64,000 bases of DNA from Vairimorpha necatrix. Its lineage: Eukaryota. Numbering within the stretch: position 1 is the first letter of the stretch; each line of letters begins with the position of its first letter. The DNA lies in the NCBI GenBank assembly GCA_036630325.1, contig CP142733.1, positions 744,001 to 808,000 on the forward strand, given 5' to 3'. Of this stretch, positions 12,699 through 22,805 are shown piece after piece. The translations under genes and the position numbers were made by a program. Below the pieces are notes generated by a model. It worked only from the letters and a program-made list of their open reading frames with translations. It was not told the origin of the DNA and did not search any database.

Positions 12699-14637
12699 AT
12701 GAATTTATGGGTAAAAACACACAGTTCCGAATAAAAGAAAGCTTGTTGAAGCAACATTTTTAATTTGTATTATAGTTGAATTTAGAAAATATCATTTTCG
12801 GTTACAACATAATCTAATGAAAAGATAATATTTCAAATAATTAAAGTCCAATGTTTAAGAATTCTTTTATATCTAATAATTTCTGCATTGATGTTATTGA
12901 CAAAATTCAAAATAGCATAGAATTCTTAAAAGTCTTTCTTCTTTCAACAAATCAAGGGTAAAAAATAATGGATTTTTTTGTGAAATTGCGCAACTTGTTC
13001 TTAAATTGAATTATTTACAAAATTCATTTTTCGAAATTACAGTCATTTACAGTAAATACAAGACAAGCAACTTTATTTTCAAAGTCTAAGCCTAGATGTA
13101 AAGTAAGGGAGCTCCTAAGCCGACCTCATTCTTAGGTACAAAGAAGCATAAACAAATCATATTTTCACATATTTTTCATGAGTTTTTAGTAAATTTCTTC
13201 AGAATTTTTTAAATTGCATATATTTCTTAACGTGTTCTACTATGATCTGTATTATTATAGTAATAGTTTTATAACGTATAATATACATTATTCAGTCAAA
13301 CTTCTTCTTATTCGTATTATCATTATGCCAAGTTCTAAGGTAAATCTATATACATTATCTCTAATTAATAAGTTGTTGTAATTCGGCGATTAGAGTATTA
13401 AATAAAGATGAGAAGCATCGTAAGTAAAAATTTAAGAATTTCCCAATAACCACGACATCAAGCTTTGGCAACTGATAAAATGTTAGCCAATTCTGTGTAA
13501 ATATAATTTAAAATTTTTTATTCTTTTATTATGATGATGCAGTTCCTTGCCGACCAAGAAAATATTGTATATTAGTCAATATGACATCTTTTTAATTAAT
13601 AGATCTTTAAATTAAATTTCATAAGTATAATTTCCGACTTCTTATTTTTAATATCATTTTATGTAGTATTAAAATATTATTGTTTTGAAAATCTTAAAAA
13701 TGTATAATATTGGTCAGTAATTAATGGACTTACTGAAGAATTAAACTCAAAATCATTTTAAAAAGTGCTGTGTTAAAATTAACATTGCATATTATAGTTG
13801 AAGAGAAGATAGGGGTTAAAATTAATGATATTTTTTGAATATGAAAATGATGTTATGTGTATAACAATGCTCTAGGTGTTTTCAAGATATTTTGTTGCTT
13901 TTAATATTGAAGATTATATACGAGAAACATTTCACGTGTGTAAAAAATATTGTAGTTGTAAAAAAAGTGTAAAAAACAGTTATTGGTGTTTTTGAATGAA
14001 TGAAAATATCATTCGTAAATATAATAGTTATCTCATACAGACTTATATTTTTGCAATTATGATTTTTCATTAGATTAATAACCAAGATGAGAGGTTAATT
14101 AATTTTGAAGTTTAAATTATTAGAAATAACGACATTATGTTTAGATATGTATTTAACTCTTTATTTAACTGTATTGTGAAAATTAATATTTATTGTATAT
14201 CATTTAGTTTGGAATATATACAAAAATTAATATTTGAACGCAAGGGGTTACGATCCGCGGATGATATTATACATAAAGTTTTCTAAATAAATCAATTCCA
14301 ATGTTTAATTCTTGTGAATTTTAAGAAAGTTAAAAATCACATACTTTTTTAAATGATTTTTTATCAAATGACAAGTAACTTTGAAATAGAATGTGCATTT
14401 AAACATGAGAAACCTCTGTTCTGGACATTCTTTCCAATGCGATTACATTTGATGTTAAGAGACTCTGGATTACATAGAAAACTCTCTAGAGTTTCCTTAA
14501 AATGATTCGATTGGATACCTTATAATGTACATGGCAGTGATAGAACGTTTATTATGTGTATACATATATATATATATATATATATCATATATTTACGTAT
14601 TTAATATTTTTGTTTAAGTTGTTTTAACAATAAAATG

Positions 14638-14833
14638 TGTTACCATAAGGAGAGCTGGTTATTGAAGAAGGCTTTTTATTAGAAGAAGAACTATATTTAT
14701 TTGGCATGTTTGTTCTATTTAAGATTTTTTTGATATTTATTCGAAACTGAAACTAGCATGTTTCAGATCATATGATTTGTTTCATCTTTCAGTTTTAGTC
14801 TGATTATTGGCGTGTGCAACACAGCCGGTAACA
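14638..14833. repeat. Solo LTR (family shared with 29006..29205, opposite orientation)
   Basis: TGTTACC...GGTAACA ends, perfect 5-bp TSD AAATG, diverged reverse-complement match to 29006-29205. Confidence 0.8.
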
Positions 14834-15572
14834 AAATGAATTTTAATTTTTTACATTTAGTTATAAATATCGAAATTTTAAAATTTAATTTATCTTTACT
14901 ATATTACGATCTTATATATTATTTTATCCTTTGTCTAAGTATATTATCTTAAACGTAAAACAGTGAAAATATGAAGAATTAAATATTCTTTTTTAATATA
15001 AATTATAAGTGAATTATGAATAGTTTTTGTATTTTTTCACTTTTAAATTATATAGTATCCAAGCCTGTTCACAATGTTAAGAACATGAAACAAAAAAATC
15101 AAAAAAAGTTATATAATTTCAAAGTATAAAATGACAATTTACGATCTGAAGATTTTTAAATTTTTCTTTATTATTCTTTTGACAAATTCCAATAGGTTTA
15201 TGATAGACTGATTAGTAATTATCGTTTATACATTATTATATATTCGAATTAAGGCAGACACCGATCGGCTTATAACAATCTCAGACGACAAAAGTCTCAA
15301 AAATACATCCTGAAAGCATATTTCATCTTTAAAATCTTTTAATTTATTGTTTTATATTAACAAATTAAATATTTTAATCGATAGTCGTTTCTTGTAAAAA
15401 TAAAAATTAGTATAGGATGTTGGTACGACAAAAATACACAAAAGAAGTAACGAAAAATTCACTAAATTTTTTATATAAAATCAAAAATTAGTTATAATGG
15501 AATTCAAAAAGAAGAAACGTTATAAACATTGAATATTATCTACCTCATATATAAAAATTAATACTAAATTGT

Positions 15573-16364
15573 TTAATTAATGAAATGGCTAGGCAATGTA
15601 TAATTCTTGGAATTGATAACATGCTTCTCTATAAATAAGTTTATTGGGTTAATAAGACTATCATTTTTAACACTCGTAAAATTAAATAAGTTTTCTGATG
15701 AGTTGTAGTTGTATTTCAAAAGATTTTCAATAGTGCTTATACAGTTTTCATAATTATATTTAACCATAAGATGTTTTATCTCATATGGGCAACTTTTTTT
15801 AAATCTTAAATCTATACCATTAGAAATTAGAGTCCAGATATAAATATCATTAGCGATACTTAACTGACTTCTATCCAACAAACTAATTTTATAAACAAGT
15901 ATATAACTTTTCCAAGCCAAAGACATTATAAATCTCTTTATAGGCAACTTTCGCTTTCTTATTTTATCTTTAGTAAGAAAGGCTTTTATATATTGCATAA
16001 AATATTTAGCATTTCTAAAATCTATTGTTGGACCAATTTCATTAAACCTGACAAATATTTTTTTCATTTTTTTGTTAGTAAGAAAAATTTTATACAAATT
16101 TTTTGAAACTGTCTCGATGGATTCCATTTTTTCAGAATTAATATGCTCAATGGCGTCATTTTTATTGTAAGATATATACTTATCACGACAAATAAGAAGT
16201 TGATCTATCAAATTTAGTTCCTCTTTAGCTTTAATTGTATTTTGTTTTCTTACCTGATCATTAAACTTATTTTCAATAATGATACTTATAGACTTGTTAT
16301 TTTGCGTTTCTTCCATTGGGCTTCCTGATAAAGCGTAAGATATAAAAAATAATACAAATAACAT
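15573..16364 (-). CDS. Family-B putative secreted protein
   Basis: CCCTC-ATG, signal peptide-like MLFVLFFISYALS, shares KIRK.KLPIKRFIMSLAW.SY...AN.IYIW.LI.NGID..F...CP and YENC.STI with 52966..53781. Confidence 0.8.
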   Translation of the reverse strand: MLFVLFFISYALSGSPMEETQNNKSISIIIENKFNDQVRKQNTIKAKEELNLIDQLLICRDKYISYNKNDAIEHINSEKMESIETVSKNLYKIFLTNKKMKKIFVRFNEIGPTIDFRNAKYFMQYIKAFLTKDKIRKRKLPIKRFIMSLAWKSYILVYKISLLDRSQLSIANDIYIWTLISNGIDLRFKKSCPYEIKHLMVKYNYENCISTIENLLKYNYNSSENLFNFTSVKNDSLINPINLFIEKHVINSKNYTLPSHFIN

Positions 16365-18167
16365 GAGGGATTTAAAAATTTTGTTTTATATATATGAAAT
16401 AAAAAAGCAGTATAAAAAGAAACAAGAACAATAATTTTTATGAGCAACCTCTCATTATGAGGAGCTTTAACTAAAAATTATACTTAATTCGTCATATCAT
16501 TAGTTTAATAAATTCATAATGCATCATGTAATGTACTAAATGATTAAAAAATCAATCTAAAATAGAAAGTTTTATGTATAATATAAAATTAAAAAAATTA
16601 ATACATGCTTCTTTAATCTATATTTCTTAATTTATAAATTTATATTCAAAGATTGATCCAAGAGTACCATTTAAAATTGAATTAATATATATATTCTATT
16701 ATTGATAATATACTCAAAATAATTGTTATGTAAATACATTCATTTTAAAATTAAAAAATAATGGAAAAGTGATTAGCCTGAGATATTTATCAATATTTAT
16801 TATGTAAAAAACATTTTATATCAAATTTAATTATGATCTGTACAAACGTGGAGTAAACAATGATCATAGATAAATTATAAATGTAAACTAAAAAGTTTGA
16901 ATAAAAAACCCAAACTAGAAAGAAACTATAAAACAAAATGACATTGTGATTGTATTTATCAAATAGTTCTGTGGAACCGTACAAGAGTTTTATCGATTGA
17001 CAAAAAAATATTGTTTTTATTATGACTTATAGATCAGTCTTACTCATGTTTTATTCTACTTCTTATGTATCCTTGAAGTTACAACATTTTTGGATTACAT
17101 CTATCACTTTTGGTTTTCTCTTGCTATTCTAGCAGTCCGTACCAGTTTAAAACTATAGACTTTATAGTGTTTTATTACAAAATTATAAAACAACCATCAA
17201 ATTACTTACGCATAAATCATCTATATGTGCTAATGTTGTGTATAATATATTTTGTGATTTTTTTGCTTAAATATATACATGATTGCTTAATGTGAAAAAA
17301 ATAAGTCCAGGTTGGCATAAAATATTTGTAGAAATCAAGAAAAACAATGGTTATATGCATTAGTTAACATGTTTTAAAGATAAATATATGTGATTAAAGC
17401 AAGGAAGTGTCTTTTTGTTTGATATATATTAAGATATAAATTTCCTTTTCAGCTAAAAAATATTTACTATTTTTTTCTAAAAAATAAACACAATAATATG
17501 ATTTGAAGCATACGAATAATGTAACTATTTTTTTGTAAATACGATTTAACTAATTTCAACATGCACACGAAAGTTGTATTTGAATTATATTTATCTAAAA
17601 AAAACCCTTTGAAATGTTTTTAATATTTTCAATTTTGATATATATTGTCTTATAATTTATTTATAATTATCTTTTTAGTAATATTATATATATTTGTTAG
17701 TATTTTTGTATATCATCTTAACAGTCACACAAATAAATTAAACGTAAGATTTAAGACCTGAAAGCGCAAACCCCACATAGAATTATATCGAAATCGTTTG
17801 TTTTCCAATATAATTTTCATTGCAAACGCAATTTTTCATATAAAAACACAAGCTTATAGTATAAATTAAAATAAATTTTTATTAATCTTATACAAGACAA
17901 TTAACTTCAATAAATAATTAAATTATATTATATGTTGATTTTTTATATAAAATAAACGATTATTTAAAGCTAAAGGGTTTCTATGTGTATAAACAACAAT
18001 ACCTTTCAAGAGAGAATAATGAAACTTGTTTAAGACATGTTTTTATGCATATAAAGAGGTTATTAAGCAAACTATAAATTAGTAAGAAAATATAATAAAA
18101 ATTTTGTTGGGTGGTTTTAATTTGTGTATATTATTTAAATTTATATGTTTTAGATTTAGATATAAAC

Positions 18168-18290
18168 ATGTCAATCAGACATGGGCTTGATACTGTACAG
18201 GAGGGGATATTTGAGAACTCAATATGTGGATTTCGGGAGGAACTCCGGGTACTTTCAGAAGAAATTGTGAGTATAGCTTGTGAAAAGTAA
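18168..18290 (+). other. Dispersed repeat carrying a 40-codon ORF (copy 1; paralog at 63631..63753)
   Basis: MSIRHGLDTVQEGIFENSICGFREELRVLSEEIVSIACEK*, gap-free alignment to 63631-63753 with the same ATG and TAA. Confidence 0.5.
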
Positions 18291-18688
18291 TTAGTAAGTA
18301 AAAAAATTATATTATACCCCAATAAAATATTTTTATTAAATTTTAGATCCAAAATATTCTAAAATTATGTTAATATATTTAACATTTTCTATTATACTAC
18401 AAAATAAAAATTATACATGCAAATTGAAAGAAGATTGAATCTAAGTTTTAGTAATATGCTTTACATATAAATACATGAGTAAGTATATATATTTCGAGTG
18501 TTTTAATACTTTATTTAACATAAGCACCTTTTTAATTATTTTTTTACACTACAATTTCTTCTGACTTGTCTAAAAAATAATAATAAAGAATTTATTGTAA
18601 AAAATGCATGATACGATCAATAACGTCTTAAATATAATATGCTATAGTTATGTGTCGTTGCTTAAAAAATAATGTTATTTTAATCCTT

Positions 18689-19447
18689 ATGTTTTTAAGA
18701 TCCATATTATTTTTCAACAAAATACAACATGTATTTGCCAACTCCGCAAATGACGTCTCTATCGTAGAAATATCAACCAACAGAAATCTTGATGATCGTA
18801 AACAATGTAAGCGAGTACTTTTCGAAGAAAACCCAATGTTGATACTTGAAACTTATAATTTACATGAAGCAGAATCTATAGCGAAGATTATATACGAAGT
18901 TTTCTTAGACAAATTAAAATTTCCAATACATGTTAAACTCGATTATACAACGAAAGATACAAGATCGGAATATAAAATATTAAAAAAAGATTTAAGGTTC
19001 TCTTCCTATTGGTATTATCTCAATAATAATTCGTTTACATTATTGTATAATGGTAAGGAAAAAATTATTTATGAAATATTGAGTTCATTTGCCCAAAAAA
19101 CCTCTAAACTTTATGATTTTATATTATGTTGTCATTTCAATGTGAAAAAAATTAATTATTTTGAGCTTAAAGAAGTGATCTATATTTTAATGACGGTAAA
19201 AATGAGAAATAGACCAAGTTACAAGGTCGAGCAAGTTTTTGATAATGAAGATTATAAAAATCTCTTAAATAATATAGGAGATATCTTTAAAAGTGATGTT
19301 ACTAATTTCGGAATAGAAGAGGATAAAGTAAAAAAAACACAAACGGATTTAAATGAAATCCCGCAAAGGAGAATGAATCTCCGTCCTTTTTTATTCAATC
19401 CTTCGTTACTATTTAACCCCCTGCATTTGCTCGTAGGTAGAATTTAA
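18689..19447 (+). CDS. Hypothetical, possibly secreted protein; weak resemblance to family B
   Basis: Long ORF in AT-rich DNA. Likely start CCTT-ATG at 18689 (MFLRSILFF...VFA). ESIAKIIYEVFL resembles ETVSKNLYKIFL / NSAAKLMYKIFL of family B. Confidence 0.65.
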   Translation: MFLRSILFFNKIQHVFANSANDVSIVEISTNRNLDDRKQCKRVLFEENPMLILETYNLHEAESIAKIIYEVFLDKLKFPIHVKLDYTTKDTRSEYKILKKDLRFSSYWYYLNNNSFTLLYNGKEKIIYEILSSFAQKTSKLYDFILCCHFNVKKINYFELKEVIYILMTVKMRNRPSYKVEQVFDNEDYKNLLNNIGDIFKSDVTNFGIEEDKVKKTQTDLNEIPQRRMNLRPFLFNPSLLFNPLHLLVGRI

Positions 19448-19621
19448 TTAAAATTCTTTTCAGTAAAACTGAAAATTATCAAGTTTTTTGTATTATTCTA
19501 ACATATTTGTATATTTGCACATAAGTTTGTAAAATTTTCTTTTGTCATGTTAGTTCAATATATATAAAATCAAAACGACTGATAGGTAAACTGCCTCAGA
19601 ATTATTTTTTTCTATATAAAA

Positions 19622-19670
19622 TGTTATATATCCTTATTATTTTTACCCCTCATTATGGAAAATAAACACA
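19622..19670 (+). repeat. 5' LTR (49 bp) containing TATATA, CCCC motif, ATG and AATAAA
   Basis: TGTTATATATCCTTATTATTTTTACCCCTCATTATGGAAAATAAACACA. Confidence 0.9.
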
Positions 19671-22600
19671 TGGGGGCGATACCAGAAAATGGGTCTACAA
19701 AGGAGGACCGTGGCCAAGAGGCTAGAATATTATTAAAAGAGGTTAAAAGGATTGTTTATGAGTTGTTTTTAGAGAAAATTGATGAGTGTGGATTTAAATT
19801 AGAAATTTTTAGGAGAGGTTCTATTTTATTGAGAAATTTTATTGTTGAGAGGATCTCGCAAGAGAGTAGTTGGAAGGAAATTGAGGAAAAATTAGAGTTG
19901 CTAGCTATTCAGGAGGAAAAGGAACAAGTGAGAAAAAAAGAATTTGAAGAGTTGTCCCTAGCGTTATGGGCTAAATTTGAGGAGAAGAATAAGTTGTCTC
20001 GTGAGGAAAATAAAAAGAATATGCGTTGCTACAATTGTGGGAAGTTAGGCCATAGTGTTAGATTTTGTAGGGGAATGAGGCGAGATTCTGAAGACAGAAG
20101 AAATAAAAGTAGTTTTAATTATGTTGGTAAATGTAAAGTGCAATTAGACTTAGAGGGTAAATGTGATGACGATTCCAATTCGGACAAATGTGATTATTAT
20201 AATGTTGATGGTGGGAAACGTAAGAAGAAAAATTTAGGGGATATACAAGATTATAGCAAAAGGGACAATAATAAGAGAGTTCTGTTGAGAAGGGATGTAA
20301 GAGGCATCGCGTATTTAGAGGAGATTATTTCACGGGTAGGAGGAAGAGAGGATGAAGATATTAGTTTTTGTAAGGTTGAAAAATGTATTATCAAGACTCA
20401 AGAAGGCAAGAAAGTTGTTAAAAAAGGGCAGGCTATAGCTCAGGCTTTGTTGAAGAAGACGGAAGATTATATTAATAGTTTGGAAAGAAGAAAGATAATT
20501 AGAAGGTCGACATCTGATTGGAGAAATCCCATTAGAGCGATTGAGAAACCGAATGGTGATATAAGATTAGTAAGTAATTTAATTGCTCTTAATGACATTG
20601 TAGAGAAGGATCCTTATGAGTTAACTAGGATAAGAGATGTTATTAGAAGTACACAGGGATCTGAATTTTTTACCGTGATAGATCTAAAGGAGGGGTTTTA
20701 TAGTATTGAGATTGAAGAGAAGGATAGGTTTAAGACGGCTTTTGAGTTTAATAAAAAGGTATACGAGTGGAATTCGATGGTCATGGGGTTTAAAAACTCA
20801 CCGCAGATATTACAAAGAATAATGAATGGGATTTTTGAAAAATTTATTGGTAAGGGAATCGAAATTTATATGGACGATATTGTGATTCATAGTAAGACAA
20901 GAGAGGGTCACGACAAATTGTTGAAAGAGGCTGTGGATATATTAGAGGAGAATAGTATGAAAATTAATTTGGCTAAGGTTCAATTATGTAAACGAGAGGT
21001 GATGTTGTTAGGAGTATCAGTTAATGGCAAGGAGATACTGCCATCTGAAATAAAGCAAAATGAAGCGTTAGAATTTCCCAAACCGGAGTGTGTATCAGAT
21101 GTTAGGAAGTTTCTTGGGCTGGCTGGATGGTTTAGAAATCATATTGATAATTATGCAAAACGTACATTGGCGTTGACGGATTCTCTTAAAGGACGAGGAA
21201 GTAATTGGAAATGGACAGAAGAAATGGAAAAAGAATATATTAGTTTAAGGGAAGTGATTAGGGATTTAAAAGGTTTAGCAATTGTTAATTATAATAAGGA
21301 ATTTTTGTTACGCACGGATGCGAGTAATGTTGGAATGGGTGCTGTTTTAATGCAGGAAGATGATCAAGGTAATTGGGTACCAGTACAGTGGGCATCAAAA
21401 AAGTTTACGCCTACGGAAACGAGATATGGAATCAGTGAGAAGGAGATGTATGCAGTCTTTTGGGGAATTAAAAAGTTTGAATATGAACTACGTGGAAGAA
21501 GATTTAGGGTAGAAACTGATCATAAGGCATTGATCGAGATTAGAAATAAACCAGCATTTAACAATAATAGAATTAACAGGTGGATTGAAAAGATTCAAGA
21601 GTTCGACTTTAGCATTGAATATAGAGAGCCTAGTACCATGGTTGTAGCAGATGCACTGAGTAGGGTACATGAAAATGAGAAAACGCTAATGAATAAGGAG
21701 AGAAGTATTAAACAGGCACAGGGTAAATGGGACAAGCATGTTAAAGTTGTTGATGGGAAGGAAATTTGGGTATTTGACTCTGGTAGAGAAGCGGAGATTC
21801 CAAAGAAAGAATTGCGTGAAGGTTTAATTGTCAATGCTCATGAAAATTTGGGACATAGAAGTTTAGGATCAGTGTACTATGCAATGAAGTTTGAATTTTA
21901 TTGGCCGGGTATGAAGAAGGATATCGAGGATGTTTTAAAGAAGTGTGAAGTTTGCCAAATATATAATAGGAAAAAGAGTGGTGGTTGTGATTTTGTTAGT
22001 TCAAGATTTTATTTGGAAAAGGTTGCTTTGGATTTGATTGAGTTTAGAGATTTAGGGAAATATGTGTTGGTCGTGATTGATTATTATACTAGGATCGTTT
22101 GGGGAAAAGTAATAGAGGACAAACGCGGAAGCTCGGTTGTAGGATTTTTAAAACAGTTGTGTGGATCAGGAATGAAACCGGTAGAAATAATTACTGACAA
22201 CGGTAAAGAATTTAGTAATGAATATATGAGGAATTGGTGTTCAGAGGGAAATGTATTACATAGGAAAGTAAGCGTAGAAAGTCATAGAAGTAATGGAAGA
22301 GTGGAAAGGGTAATAGGAACCATAAGAGAAGGAATATTGAAAGATGATGCTGTGGATTTTGAAGCCAAGGTTAATAGATGTATATGGCGTTATAATAACA
22401 GCTATCATGAAGGGTTGAGATGTACACCGTTTGAGGCCTCAAGAGACGAAACGGGCCATGTTATGATCGAGAATGGACCTGAAGGATTTTATAGTAGGAG
22501 GTTTGTGGCTCGCAAAAGAGAGAAATTCTATAAAGGTCAGAGAGTTAGGGTAGCGAAGAAAGAGAACTTATCGGGTTGTAGTAAGTATGAGAAAGGAAGG

Positions 22601-22729
22601 TTTTTAGGATATGGTGTTATCAAGGAAGTTTGCGGAGGTGACTCATACTTAGTTAGTTTGGAAAATGGTAGGATCGTAAAAAATCGGCATTATGATTTAA
22701 AAGGTCTGCTTGGGATTAATGAGTTCTAG
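19655..22729 (+). CDS. Polyprotein: short Gag with CCHC knuckle, RT, RNase H, integrase; no protease motif seen
   Basis: CYNCGKLGHSVRFC, IDLKEGFY/MGFKNSP/YMDD, TDAS/EKEMYAV/TDHKAL/VADALSR, HENLGH..CEVC, ALDL/TDNGKEF/NGRVER. Confidence 0.93.
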   Translation: MENKHMGAIPENGSTKEDRGQEARILLKEVKRIVYELFLEKIDECGFKLEIFRRGSILLRNFIVERISQESSWKEIEEKLELLAIQEEKEQVRKKEFEELSLALWAKFEEKNKLSREENKKNMRCYNCGKLGHSVRFCRGMRRDSEDRRNKSSFNYVGKCKVQLDLEGKCDDDSNSDKCDYYNVDGGKRKKKNLGDIQDYSKRDNNKRVLLRRDVRGIAYLEEIISRVGGREDEDISFCKVEKCIIKTQEGKKVVKKGQAIAQALLKKTEDYINSLERRKIIRRSTSDWRNPIRAIEKPNGDIRLVSNLIALNDIVEKDPYELTRIRDVIRSTQGSEFFTVIDLKEGFYSIEIEEKDRFKTAFEFNKKVYEWNSMVMGFKNSPQILQRIMNGIFEKFIGKGIEIYMDDIVIHSKTREGHDKLLKEAVDILEENSMKINLAKVQLCKREVMLLGVSVNGKEILPSEIKQNEALEFPKPECVSDVRKFLGLAGWFRNHIDNYAKRTLALTDSLKGRGSNWKWTEEMEKEYISLREVIRDLKGLAIVNYNKEFLLRTDASNVGMGAVLMQEDDQGNWVPVQWASKKFTPTETRYGISEKEMYAVFWGIKKFEYELRGRRFRVETDHKALIEIRNKPAFNNNRINRWIEKIQEFDFSIEYREPSTMVVADALSRVHENEKTLMNKERSIKQAQGKWDKHVKVVDGKEIWVFDSGREAEIPKKELREGLIVNAHENLGHRSLGSVYYAMKFEFYWPGMKKDIEDVLKKCEVCQIYNRKKSGGCDFVSSRFYLEKVALDLIEFRDLGKYVLVVIDYYTRIVWGKVIEDKRGSSVVGFLKQLCGSGMKPVEIITDNGKEFSNEYMRNWCSEGNVLHRKVSVESHRSNGRVERVIGTIREGILKDDAVDFEAKVNRCIWRYNNSYHEGLRCTPFEASRDETGHVMIENGPEGFYSRRFVARKREKFYKGQRVRVAKKENLSGCSKYEKGRFLGYGVIKEVCGGDSYLVSLENGRIVKNRHYDLKGLLGINEF

Positions 22730-22756
22730 TATGAGACTACCGTCTTGGAGGGGGGA

Positions 22757-22805
22757 TGTTATATATCCTTATTATTTTTACCCCTCATTATGGAAAATAA
22801 ACACA
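22757..22805 (+). repeat. 3' LTR (49 bp)
   Basis: Identical to 19622-19670, preceded by the PPT and followed by TSD TAAAA. Confidence 0.9.

Larger units (their letters stand above)
19622..22805 (+). mobile_element. Intact miniature Ty3/Gypsy-like LTR retrotransposon (3184 bp, 49-bp LTRs)
   Basis: Identical 49-bp TGT..ACA repeats at 19622-19670 and 22757-22805, TSD TAAAA on both sides, PBS TGGGGGCG at 19671, PPT GGAGGGGGGA before 22757, single open ORF. Confidence 0.93.

Noticed and set aside
13300..13500. Possible degraded RNase H-like remnant (..DAS..); similar decayed patches at 23300-24300
   Set aside because: Too many stops and shifts to support a call by eye
14564..14585. (TA)n microsatellites here and at ~28413-28447
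   Set aside because: Ordinary in AT-rich DNA
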